Part shown: in pieces, positions 28,799-37,316 of the stretch
How positions within the stretch are numbered: the first letter of the stretch is position 1
Layout of the letters: every line of letters begins with the position of its first letter
Assembly (NCBI GenBank): GCA_964549685.1
Contig: CAZJVE010000004.1
Coordinates: 7,700 to 71,699 of the forward strand
Origin: an uncultured archaeon
Lineage (GTDB): Archaea > Altiarchaeota > Altiarchaeia > IMC4 > QMZM01
Direction of reading: 5' to 3'
Length of the DNA: 64,000 nt
Made by a program: the position numbers and the translations under genes
Notes under the pieces: generated by a model
What the model saw: only the letters and a program-made list of their open reading frames with translations
The model's database searches: none
Told to the model about the DNA's origin: nothing

Positions 28799-29650
28799 AT
28801 GATAAACCCCTTGCGCAAACTACTCAAAAAACTCGGTCTGGGCGCTCTTGCAACCAGGGAGAAACCCGCTGAGGAAGTTAAGGGTGCAAAGAAGAACAGG
28901 ATAATAGCGGTTGCGAACCAGAAAGGCGGCGTGGGGAAAACAACGACTGCTATTAACCTTGCGGCCTATCTCGCCATGATGGAGAACAAGGTCCTTCTCA
29001 TAGATATAGACCCCCAGGCCAACAGCACCATCGGACTCGGGATAGAGAAGGACAGCATATCCGATTCGATAGCCGATATACTCACCGACAAGGCAAAGGT
29101 AAAGGACGTAATTCTCCCGACAAAGGTTAAGGGACTTAGCATTATTCCTGCAAGCGTCCATCTGGCCGATGCCGAGATAAAACTGGTCGGGATGAATTTC
29201 CGCGAGACAATCCTGAAGAATTCCATTAATAACCTGACGAGGAACTACGATTTCGTCCTGGTAGACTGCCCTCCCTCCCTCGGTCTTTTGGCCCTGAATG
29301 CATTAACGGCAGCAGATTCGGTCGTAATCCCTGTCCAGTGCGAGTATTTTGCTCTGGAAGGCCTGAACGAATTCATGAATGTCGTAAGCCTGATACAGGA
29401 GAGGGTAAACCCCGGGCTTGAGATAGACGGCATACTCCTTACGATGTACCAAAAGGATACAAAGCACGTGAATGAAATTCTCAAAGACATCCGGAAACTG
29501 TTCGGCGGGAACATCTATGCAACAGTCATCCCCCGGGATGAGAAATTCCCCGAGTCCTCAAGTTTCGGGAAACCCATCGGAGTCTATGATAAGAAGTCCG
29601 ACGGGGCCAAAGCGTATGAAGAATTAGCCCATGAATTTTTGGGTCAATAA
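28799..29650 (+). CDS. ParA/Soj/MinD-family ATPase with a basic N-terminal extension
   Basis: Deviant Walker A KGGVGKTT at 28922-28945. IAVANQKGGVGKTTTAINLAAYLA, DIDPQANST and VLVDCPPSLG are classic ParA/Soj motifs. An extra ~33-aa N-terminus reads MINPLRKLLKKLGLGALATREKPAEEVKGAKK. Confidence 0.9.
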   Translation: MINPLRKLLKKLGLGALATREKPAEEVKGAKKNRIIAVANQKGGVGKTTTAINLAAYLAMMENKVLLIDIDPQANSTIGLGIEKDSISDSIADILTDKAKVKDVILPTKVKGLSIIPASVHLADAEIKLVGMNFRETILKNSINNLTRNYDFVLVDCPPSLGLLALNALTAADSVVIPVQCEYFALEGLNEFMNVVSLIQERVNPGLEIDGILLTMYQKDTKHVNEILKDIRKLFGGNIYATVIPRDEKFPESSSFGKPIGVYDKKSDGAKAYEELAHEFLGQ

Positions 29651-29652
29651 AA

Positions 29653-32115
29653 ATGGCAAAGAAATCAAAATCTAAAGACTTAGAAGCGCTGATACCTGCT
29701 TCCAGAGCTAAGAAAACAAAAAAAGTCAAGGAGTCCGAAGTAAAGGATTACGGAAAAGTCGCTGACATTTTGGATATGACAAAGGACTATCTTGCAGAGG
29801 TAGAGACGGAAAAGCAGAAAGTAGGGGCGGAGATGAGGAAAATAATGAAGGAAAGAGGGGAACTGAGAGATGAATGGAAGAACATAAAAGAAACCAGGGA
29901 GGAGGTAGAAAAAGCCAAGGAAGATCTGGAGAATGTTCTGAAGACAAAGGCCAAGAAAGTGGCAAAGGCCCTGCCAAAGGCCGTGGCAAAAAGTCAGGCA
30001 TTGAGCACGCTTATTCCTGTAACTGGCCCCAAAGAAGGCAAAGGACCAAAGGGCGATGCTGGAAGCCTTCTGGGATTGGCCAAGACGTACCTTGCAGAGG
30101 TTGAGAAGGAAACCCGTGAGATAGAGGTCATGAGGGGGGAGGTGGAGAAGGAGGCTGCCAAGGTCGAAAAGGAGTGGGATAAAATACAGAAATCACGGGA
30201 AGATATAGAAAAGCTCTTAGAGAAGAAGGAGCAGGACGAGAAGGAGATAGACCGGCGCAGGATTGAGGTCGAGAAGGAATTCGCCAAGATAGCCAACGAA
30301 TGGGAGAAGATAGAGGGGATTCAAAATGATACGGATTCCCACCGCGACAAGCTCGACCAGGAATTCATCAAGGTTGGGAAGGAATGGACTGAAATCAGGA
30401 AGAACAAGGCTCACCTGGAGAAGGAGCTCCAGAAGAAGAACCTCGACATGGACGAGGTTGACAGGCAGAGGTCAGAAATCGACGGGGGCCTGAAAAAGAT
30501 AGGCCACGAGTGGGGCAAGCTGGAGGAGACGAGGAATTCTATAGAGAAGCAATCAACCGAGCTGGATAGGGAATTCGGCAAGCTCAAGGAGGAATGGAGC
30601 AATCTCAGGAAAAGCCAGGCTGAACTGAGCGAGGCAATGAAGAAGAGCGAGGTCGACCAGGAGAAGATAGCTCATCAGAGAGAGATAATCACGGAGGAGA
30701 TGAAGAAGATAAACGGAGAATGGAGCAAGATAGACGAGGCTAGGAAAGAGATGGAAGAGCACCGAACCAGCATTGCCCATGACTTGAAGAAGATAGATGA
30801 AGGCAAGGCGGAGCTTGAGGAGTACATGAAGAACAGAGAGGCCAGTAACAAGGAACTCGAAGAACAAAAATCCTCCCTAAAATCCGAACTCTCAAAAATC
30901 ACCGAAGAATGGTCGCAATTGCGCGAGAATCAGGCAAAGCTGGAAGAAACCCTCAGCAGCACTTCCGAATTCAACAAGAACGTTGAGGAGCAGAAGAGGC
31001 ACATAGAAAAAGAGCTGAGGAAGATAGACGACGAGTGGAGGAAGATAGACGAGATTAACAAGAGAAGAGAAATCGACAAGAGGGCAATCGAGCAGCAGAA
31101 TAAGGAGATAGAGGCCGGGCTGAGGAAGATGGGCGAGGAATGGAGCAGCATAGAGGAGCACAAGAAGAAGATTGAGGATGACCGGAAGACCGTTGACCTG
31201 GATCTGGCCAAGGTAAGAATAGAATGGGACAAGCTGAAGGACGGAGAGAAAGAGTTCGATGAGAGAATGGCCCAAATCGAGGAGGAAGACAGAAAGAGGG
31301 GTTCCGAGAGGGACGAACTCGTCAAGCTCAGAAGGAAAATCGACGAAGACCTTGGCAGGATAAAGCTGGAGTGGGACAGGATAGAACTGACACAGAAGGA
31401 CATACAAAGGGAAAGGGACGACATGACCGAGGAATTAAACAAGATAGAGTCCGAGTGGCAGAAGATTCAATCTGCAGAGGAGGACCTCAGCATAGAACTC
31501 GGCAAAGGAAAGATAGACCGGCAGATGGTAGAGAACATTATGAAGAAGATAGACCGGGAGTTCAAGAAGGTACACAAGGACCTGGCCAAGGCCAAGAAGG
31601 ACAAAACCAGGATAGACAAGCAGAGAAAGGCCATCACTGGCGAACTGAAGAAGATTGCCGAGATATGTGAAGGGGTCGCAGAGGAGGGCGAGAAGGCCAT
31701 AAAAAGAATTCCCAGGGAGATAAAGATTCCGCTACAACCAAGCAGGGATATGGAGCTTCTTGAAAAAGAGAGGGGCAAGCTAAAGGCCGAGTGGGACAGG
31801 ATAGAGTCCGAGTGGGACAAGCTGGAGAGCGTCCTCTACGAGTCCGGCGTTGAGGAGATGATGCATGACGTGAAGCTCAAGCAGGCGGGGCTTGAGAAGG
31901 AGAAGAAGGAGATTCTTGCAAAGGAGGAGAGACTAAAGTCGTTCATCGAGGAGGACGAGTTCGAGATAGAGAAGAAAAAGAAGGAGCTTGAGCTACTGCT
32001 TCTGGAGGACGAAAAGAGGCTCAGGGAGAGGGAGAAGGAGTTGCTAAAGGAAGAAAAAAAGCTCAGGGGCAAATACTCGGACATGAGGCAACTCTTCAAA
32101 AAAGGAACAAGGTGA
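29653..32115 (+). CDS. 820-aa Glu/Lys-rich coiled-coil protein with a periodic [E/D]EW..[IL] motif; basic N-terminal tail
   Basis: Its start is 2 nt after the ParA stop. The N-terminus is MAKKSKSKDLEALIPASRAKKTKKVK. At least 13 occurrences of xEW(D/E/S/T/G/R/Q)x(I/L) recur at irregular intervals of roughly 25-65 aa. A duplicated K[DT]YLAEVE[TK]E segment is present. I saw no TM segment and no enzyme motifs. Confidence 0.8.
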   Translation: MAKKSKSKDLEALIPASRAKKTKKVKESEVKDYGKVADILDMTKDYLAEVETEKQKVGAEMRKIMKERGELRDEWKNIKETREEVEKAKEDLENVLKTKAKKVAKALPKAVAKSQALSTLIPVTGPKEGKGPKGDAGSLLGLAKTYLAEVEKETREIEVMRGEVEKEAAKVEKEWDKIQKSREDIEKLLEKKEQDEKEIDRRRIEVEKEFAKIANEWEKIEGIQNDTDSHRDKLDQEFIKVGKEWTEIRKNKAHLEKELQKKNLDMDEVDRQRSEIDGGLKKIGHEWGKLEETRNSIEKQSTELDREFGKLKEEWSNLRKSQAELSEAMKKSEVDQEKIAHQREIITEEMKKINGEWSKIDEARKEMEEHRTSIAHDLKKIDEGKAELEEYMKNREASNKELEEQKSSLKSELSKITEEWSQLRENQAKLEETLSSTSEFNKNVEEQKRHIEKELRKIDDEWRKIDEINKRREIDKRAIEQQNKEIEAGLRKMGEEWSSIEEHKKKIEDDRKTVDLDLAKVRIEWDKLKDGEKEFDERMAQIEEEDRKRGSERDELVKLRRKIDEDLGRIKLEWDRIELTQKDIQRERDDMTEELNKIESEWQKIQSAEEDLSIELGKGKIDRQMVENIMKKIDREFKKVHKDLAKAKKDKTRIDKQRKAITGELKKIAEICEGVAEEGEKAIKRIPREIKIPLQPSRDMELLEKERGKLKAEWDRIESEWDKLESVLYESGVEEMMHDVKLKQAGLEKEKKEILAKEERLKSFIEEDEFEIEKKKKELELLLLEDEKRLREREKELLKEEKKLRGKYSDMRQLFKKGTR

Positions 32116-32116
32116 G

Positions 32117-32359
32117 ATGGTCGAAGAACTGAAGAAAAAAATCGATGAGACGAAGGCAGAGGTCCAGGAGAGCTGGAGGCGAATCGATGAGCTCGGGAAG
32201 GGAACACCGCAATCACTGCCAAAGCCCAAGGAGCAAAAGAAGCTCGAGGACAAGAGCAACGTAAGCCCGCTGAAGAGGGCGATGACAAAGGTGGGCCTCA
32301 AGAAAGACGGAGATAAGGAAGGCGGCGACTGGACCAGGGTGAAGAGTAACATTGACTGA
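32117..32359 (+). CDS. 80-aa Lys-rich protein carrying one more E-W repeat unit (ESWRRIDE)
   Basis: The ATG is 1 nt after the TGA of the upstream gene, in a different frame. The sequence MVEELKKKIDETKAEVQESWRRIDELGKG resembles the repeat unit of the 820-aa protein. Confidence 0.55.
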   Translation: MVEELKKKIDETKAEVQESWRRIDELGKGTPQSLPKPKEQKKLEDKSNVSPLKRAMTKVGLKKDGDKEGGDWTRVKSNID

Positions 32360-32395
32360 TTGCTTTTTTACCCCCTAAATCTACTATCTAATCCT

Positions 32396-33519
<1,124 letters not shown>

Positions 33520-33546
33520 ATAAGCAATCGAATAAATAACTGCAAA

Positions 33547-34056
33547 ATGGAAAGAGTCAATCTAGGCATCGTTGCCTCAGAATTCAACTACGACATAACT
33601 TATGCCATGGTGCAGCTTGCAATGGAGCACGCAAGGTTTCTCGGAGCAGAAGTCGTTAAGATAATAAAGGTTCCCGGCGTCTTTGACACGCCGCTCGCAG
33701 TCAAAAAGCTGATGCAGATGCCGGACATAGACTGCGCAGTCGTTCTCGGTGCAGTAATAGAAGGGCAGACAGAACACGACGAAATCGTTGCCCAGCACGC
33801 ATCCAGAAAGATTGCAGACCTCGCGCTTGACTACGGCAAGCCGGTCGGTCTCGGAATCTCAGGCCCTGGGATGAGCAGGCTCGAGGCACATAAGAGGGTG
33901 GAATACGCCCGGCGCGCAGTAGAAGCAGCGGTAAAGATGTGCAGGGCCCTCGGCGACAGCGAAACAGGAGAAACGCACCTCAGTAGCGTAGGCGGCTTTG
34001 AAGACTCCGATTCTGAGACAAGTTCCGTCTTCAAGGACTTTATGGAGATGGGCTAG
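33547..34056 (+). CDS. ribH: 6,7-dimethyl-8-ribityllumazine synthase
   Basis: LGIVASEFN.DIT..M...A......GAEV.KI.KVPGVFD.PLAVKKL......D.VVLGAVI.G.T.H. It has an extra acidic C-terminal tail. Confidence 0.85.
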   Translation: MERVNLGIVASEFNYDITYAMVQLAMEHARFLGAEVVKIIKVPGVFDTPLAVKKLMQMPDIDCAVVLGAVIEGQTEHDEIVAQHASRKIADLALDYGKPVGLGISGPGMSRLEAHKRVEYARRAVEAAVKMCRALGDSETGETHLSSVGGFEDSDSETSSVFKDFMEMG

Positions 34057-34391
34057 TAAAGCTTCAGCTCCCCAGTAACCTTATCTATTTCTTCCTCTGG
34101 AGCAGGACCTATCCCGACACAAGTCTTCGTCCCTGCCGGAATCTCCGTCTTCCCTTGATCCTGAATCAGATCGGTCGGCAGGCCCGAATCCTTCGCATCC
34201 ATAAAAACCTCAATCAGCTCCTTCTCGTTCTCCACCTTCAGCACGGACTTCTTCTGCCCCTGCCTGAGCCAGTCTTTTTTCCACTCACTCTTGTCTGCTG
34301 CAGAAACGGAGGCATGAGCCACCTGTGCAGACAGCTTCCCCTTGCTCAGATTCAAGTCCTTCCTTGCCACAATGACCTGCTTCAGCTCCAT
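34053..34391 (-). CDS. pth2: Peptidyl-tRNA hydrolase, archaeal type (Pth2)
   Basis: KQVIVARKDLNLSKGKLSAQVAHAS ... GLPTDLIQDQGKTEIPAGTKTCVGIGPAP; 112 aa. Confidence 0.9.
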   Translation of the reverse strand: MELKQVIVARKDLNLSKGKLSAQVAHASVSAADKSEWKKDWLRQGQKKSVLKVENEKELIEVFMDAKDSGLPTDLIQDQGKTEIPAGTKTCVGIGPAPEEEIDKVTGELKLY

Positions 34392-34421
34392 TAGTTAAAT
34401 ATTCCATTCCAATAGTTTAAT

Positions 34422-35381
34422 ATGTCGAAGGAGTTATGGGTGAGGGCAGACGGCACCGATTCCTGGGAGGAGAGAAAAGAACTCGTAAAGACGGCGCTGG
34501 AGAGCGGAGCCCAGGCAGTTCTTGTTAATGCAGGCGAGGAGAAGCTTGTAAGGGAACTGGGAAAGATAAAGGTAGTTTCAGATGGGGGAGATTCAGACAT
34601 ATTTCTTACTAATGATATTAAAAAAATAAAAAAATCCACTGCGTTCTACTGTGAGATTAAGAGCAAGGAGGACGAGCGCCTCATAGCCGAGGCGGGCAAA
34701 GCCGCGGCTTATGTCATAATCAATGCCAAGGACTGGAAGGTCATTCCCCTCGAGAACCTGATTGCCGAGCTGAAGGGCAAGTGCAGTATTCTGGCCGAGG
34801 CAGGCACAGAAAACGAGGCCCGCCTGGCCCTGGAAACCCTTGAGATAGGCACCGATGGAGTTCTTGCCAGCGCAGATTTCCAGGAAGTCAGGAAGATAAA
34901 GAACCTCATAGACTCCCTTTCGGCTGAGAAGCTGCAGCTGAGGACAGTGAAGGTCACTGCCGCTGAGCCGTCGGGAGAGCACGACAGCGCGTCCATCGAC
35001 ACCTGCTCAATCCTTAACCTCGGCGAAGGCCTTCTGGCAGATAACATCCTAGTCCACTCAGACACGGAGAAAATCCCCTGGATGGAACCGACGCCGTTCA
35101 GGATAAATTTAGGTATTAATTCGAAAATTAAAATTCCTGATGGAATTAAATCAGTGAAGGAATTAAAGCCAGGAGACGAAATTCTTTCTGCTAATTTCGA
35201 GGGCAGGACACGGAGGCTCGTAGTCAATGAAATAATCTCCTCAAAGAAGAAGATGCTGAAGGTCAGCGCCGATAAATCCGAGCTAGTTATCCCAGACGAC
35301 TCGGCCCTTGTTGGAAGAAAAGGGAAAAAGATTCCCGCCGGAAAACTGAAGCCCGGAGATGAGATATCTATTTCTCAATAA
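34422..35381 (+). CDS. 3-dehydroquinate synthase II-like protein (archaeal shikimate pathway) with a degenerate C-terminal half
   Basis: The N-terminal half (KELWVRADG..W..RKELVKTALESGAQAVLV) fits DHQS-II. The C-terminal half keeps IDTCSILNLGEGLL but has TPFRINLGINS where RPFRVNAG is expected, and it lacks the terminal GRHFGM..EETI.E motif. Confidence 0.65.
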   Translation: MSKELWVRADGTDSWEERKELVKTALESGAQAVLVNAGEEKLVRELGKIKVVSDGGDSDIFLTNDIKKIKKSTAFYCEIKSKEDERLIAEAGKAAAYVIINAKDWKVIPLENLIAELKGKCSILAEAGTENEARLALETLEIGTDGVLASADFQEVRKIKNLIDSLSAEKLQLRTVKVTAAEPSGEHDSASIDTCSILNLGEGLLADNILVHSDTEKIPWMEPTPFRINLGINSKIKIPDGIKSVKELKPGDEILSANFEGRTRRLVVNEIISSKKKMLKVSADKSELVIPDDSALVGRKGKKIPAGKLKPGDEISISQ

Positions 35382-35916
35382 TCGTCTCTTCGACGGCCAT
35401 TCCGAAGTGCCGGCCCATTCCTTCTTTATCCACCAGGGCAAGAACCTTATCTCCAGATTTCAGATTGACCACCGAGACCGCTTTGCCATCCTCCGTCACG
35501 AGCCTGATTGTCTCGGCATTCTGCAGGAATGAATGGAATTCCACCTCCCCGCACTTCGCCTCAACAAGGAGAAACGGCCTCGTTTCTATCTTCGACCTGA
35601 CCACCTTCACCTCTCTTTCCTTCCCTTTGGAATCCACCGCGAGGAGGGGGTCGCCGCCCTTAAGCTCGACCAGGTAGCGCGTCTTCCCTCCTGGGACTAG
35701 GACATAGGCAGATACAGGCCCTGCATTTACTCTGAATGGCCTAGTCTCAACATACGGATTCTCAACAGTTTCAGAATGAATGAGAAACATACCTCTCGAC
35801 AGAGAGCCGATAAGCATACCCTCGCCCAGCTTCAGCTCGGTGTCGGTGTCTATACAGACCCTGTCCCCCGAGCCGACCTCTTCAATCTTCGTTATCTCAA
35901 CAAGAGAGAGTTCCAT
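35368..35916 (-). CDS. Stand-alone DHQ synthase II C-terminal domain protein (canonical motifs retained)
   Basis: GDRVCIDTDTELKLGEGMLIGSLSRGMFLIHSETVENPYVETRPFRVNAGPVSAYV, QNAETIRLV and GRHFGMAVEETIIEK. It is convergent with the upstream DHQS-II-like gene and overlaps it by 14 nt. Confidence 0.7.
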   Translation of the reverse strand: MELSLVEITKIEEVGSGDRVCIDTDTELKLGEGMLIGSLSRGMFLIHSETVENPYVETRPFRVNAGPVSAYVLVPGGKTRYLVELKGGDPLLAVDSKGKEREVKVVRSKIETRPFLLVEAKCGEVEFHSFLQNAETIRLVTEDGKAVSVVNLKSGDKVLALVDKEGMGRHFGMAVEETIIEK

Positions 35917-35919
35917 ACT

Positions 35920-36789
35920 TTATCCTCTGGAAACGTAGTAGATTCCAGACAGGGTGACGATGACAACCAAGATGAGACCAATCCATAGCGTGGAATCATC
36001 TCCTGCTGCCTGCGGTACGGTCGTCCCTGTCCCAGACACGGTCGTCTCCGTCCCAGGCACTGTTGTAATTTCCTCGCCACCTTCATAACCTGATAGCGTG
36101 TCCCTCAGACCCTCGACCTCGCCAAGGGCGCCGCCGGACGGGTCCGAGTCTGTAAGCCTCATATCAAGGTCCGAGAGCATCCACTCTATCTTCTGGATGG
36201 ACGCATCCAGTGCATCAGAATCCTCCGTGCTGTTCTTCAGGTTCGAGAATTCCTCCTTGAGTTTGTCGAATTCCTCCTTGAGGGACTCCCTGCTTCTCCC
36301 TGACTGGTTCAGCTTCTTACCTATGCTGTTCAGCTTTGTTATAACGTCCCTTATCTCATCGGAGCACTCTGTTATTGCACCGCCGTAATCAGAACTTTTC
36401 ACGCAGCCCACTTCTGCTTCCCACTCCATGCCTATGGGGCAAACGCACGCTGAATCATCCTTCACCCACTCACCCTCTTTTATTCTGCACCAGTTCGTGC
36501 AGCCCTCGTCTCCCTCACCAAGGCAGTCGCAGCCAAGGCCTTCCCATATCTCTTCCTCAGCAGAATATCGCAGGCACGCCCACTGACAAACAGTTCTGTT
36601 CTCCTCCGCAAGGCCGACCATGTACCAGGTGCCGTTGGGCATCGGGTTTCGATGTCTGTCATCCCCTGCAAAGTAGTACTTACACTCCCCTGTTTCAGGG
36701 CTTGCTATGTGTGTTGGAGGCAGGTATCCGGCAGCAGCCCCCATAACTATAAACATCCCAACAATAACCAAAATATTTTTAGTTTTCAT
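35920..36789 (-). CDS. Secreted Cys-rich, coiled-coil surface protein with a C-terminal TM anchor
   Basis: Signal peptide ILVIVGMFIVMGAAAG. Cys-rich block (CQWAC...CDCLGEGDEGCTNWC...CVCP). Heptad-like acidic segment. Thr-rich stretch, then the TM segment LWIGLILVVIVTLSGIYYV. Confidence 0.65.
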   Translation of the reverse strand: MKTKNILVIVGMFIVMGAAAGYLPPTHIASPETGECKYYFAGDDRHRNPMPNGTWYMVGLAEENRTVCQWACLRYSAEEEIWEGLGCDCLGEGDEGCTNWCRIKEGEWVKDDSACVCPIGMEWEAEVGCVKSSDYGGAITECSDEIRDVITKLNSIGKKLNQSGRSRESLKEEFDKLKEEFSNLKNSTEDSDALDASIQKIEWMLSDLDMRLTDSDPSGGALGEVEGLRDTLSGYEGGEEITTVPGTETTVSGTGTTVPQAAGDDSTLWIGLILVVIVTLSGIYYVSRG

Positions 36790-36805
36790 TTTAACTATAA
36801 CTATT

Positions 36806-36857
36806 AGGATTAAGCTTTTTTATTTATTTAACAGGATTAAGCCCTTATTTATTTAAC
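36806..36857. repeat. Tandem direct duplication (27 + 25 nt) of an AT-rich TATA-containing element in a divergent intergenic region
   Basis: aggattaagcttttttatttatttaac (36806-36832) is followed immediately by aggattaagcccttatttatttaac (36833-36857). Confidence 0.7.
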
Positions 36858-36880
36858 CTGAATCCATTATAGAGACTAAT

Positions 36881-37237
36881 ATGTTTAGAGGCAAAACAAA
36901 GAAGTCCAGGAACTGGAGAAGGTACGAGGCAGGCAGAGTGTCTTCCGACACCACTGTAGGGGAGAGGAAGGCAAAGAACATAAGGGTCAGGGGGGGGAAG
37001 GAGAAGGTAAGACTCGTTGCCGATAATTATGCTCATGTAATCATCGACAAGAAGCCCGTGAAATGCGAAATTCTGTCGGTTGCCGAGAATTCTGCCAACA
37101 AGGACTTCACTCGGAGGAACATAATCACGAAGGGAGCAATTCTGAAGGCAAAGACACCTGAAGGGAAGGAGATTCAGATAAAGGTCACCTCGAGGCCGGG
37201 ACAGGACGGCCTGCTAAACGCAGTTTCTCTTTTGTGA
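36881..37237 (+). CDS. rps8e: 30S ribosomal protein S8e
   Basis: GKTKKSRNWRRYEAGRVSSDTTVGERKAKNIRVRGGKEKVRL pattern; 118 aa. Confidence 0.85.
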   Translation: MFRGKTKKSRNWRRYEAGRVSSDTTVGERKAKNIRVRGGKEKVRLVADNYAHVIIDKKPVKCEILSVAENSANKDFTRRNIITKGAILKAKTPEGKEIQIKVTSRPGQDGLLNAVSLL

Positions 37238-37316
37238 GCGTCTGGTTAGCATATGCTAAAGCCAGACCAATAGTTAACTAATACTAAATTTATTACGCTA
37301 ACAACCTTACACGAAA

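Noticed and set aside
29726-32352. A series of minus-strand ORFs (91-171 aa) opposite the coiled-coil gene
   Set aside because: All are Ser/Leu/Phe-rich antisense translations of GAA/AAG-rich sequence. None has a recognisable motif, and they tile a single long sense ORF.
32360-32395. TTG start at 32360 for ribB from the ORF track
   Set aside because: It adds a hydrophobic, non-conserved 12 aa and abuts the upstream stop. The ATG at 32396 gives the expected DHBP synthase N-terminus.
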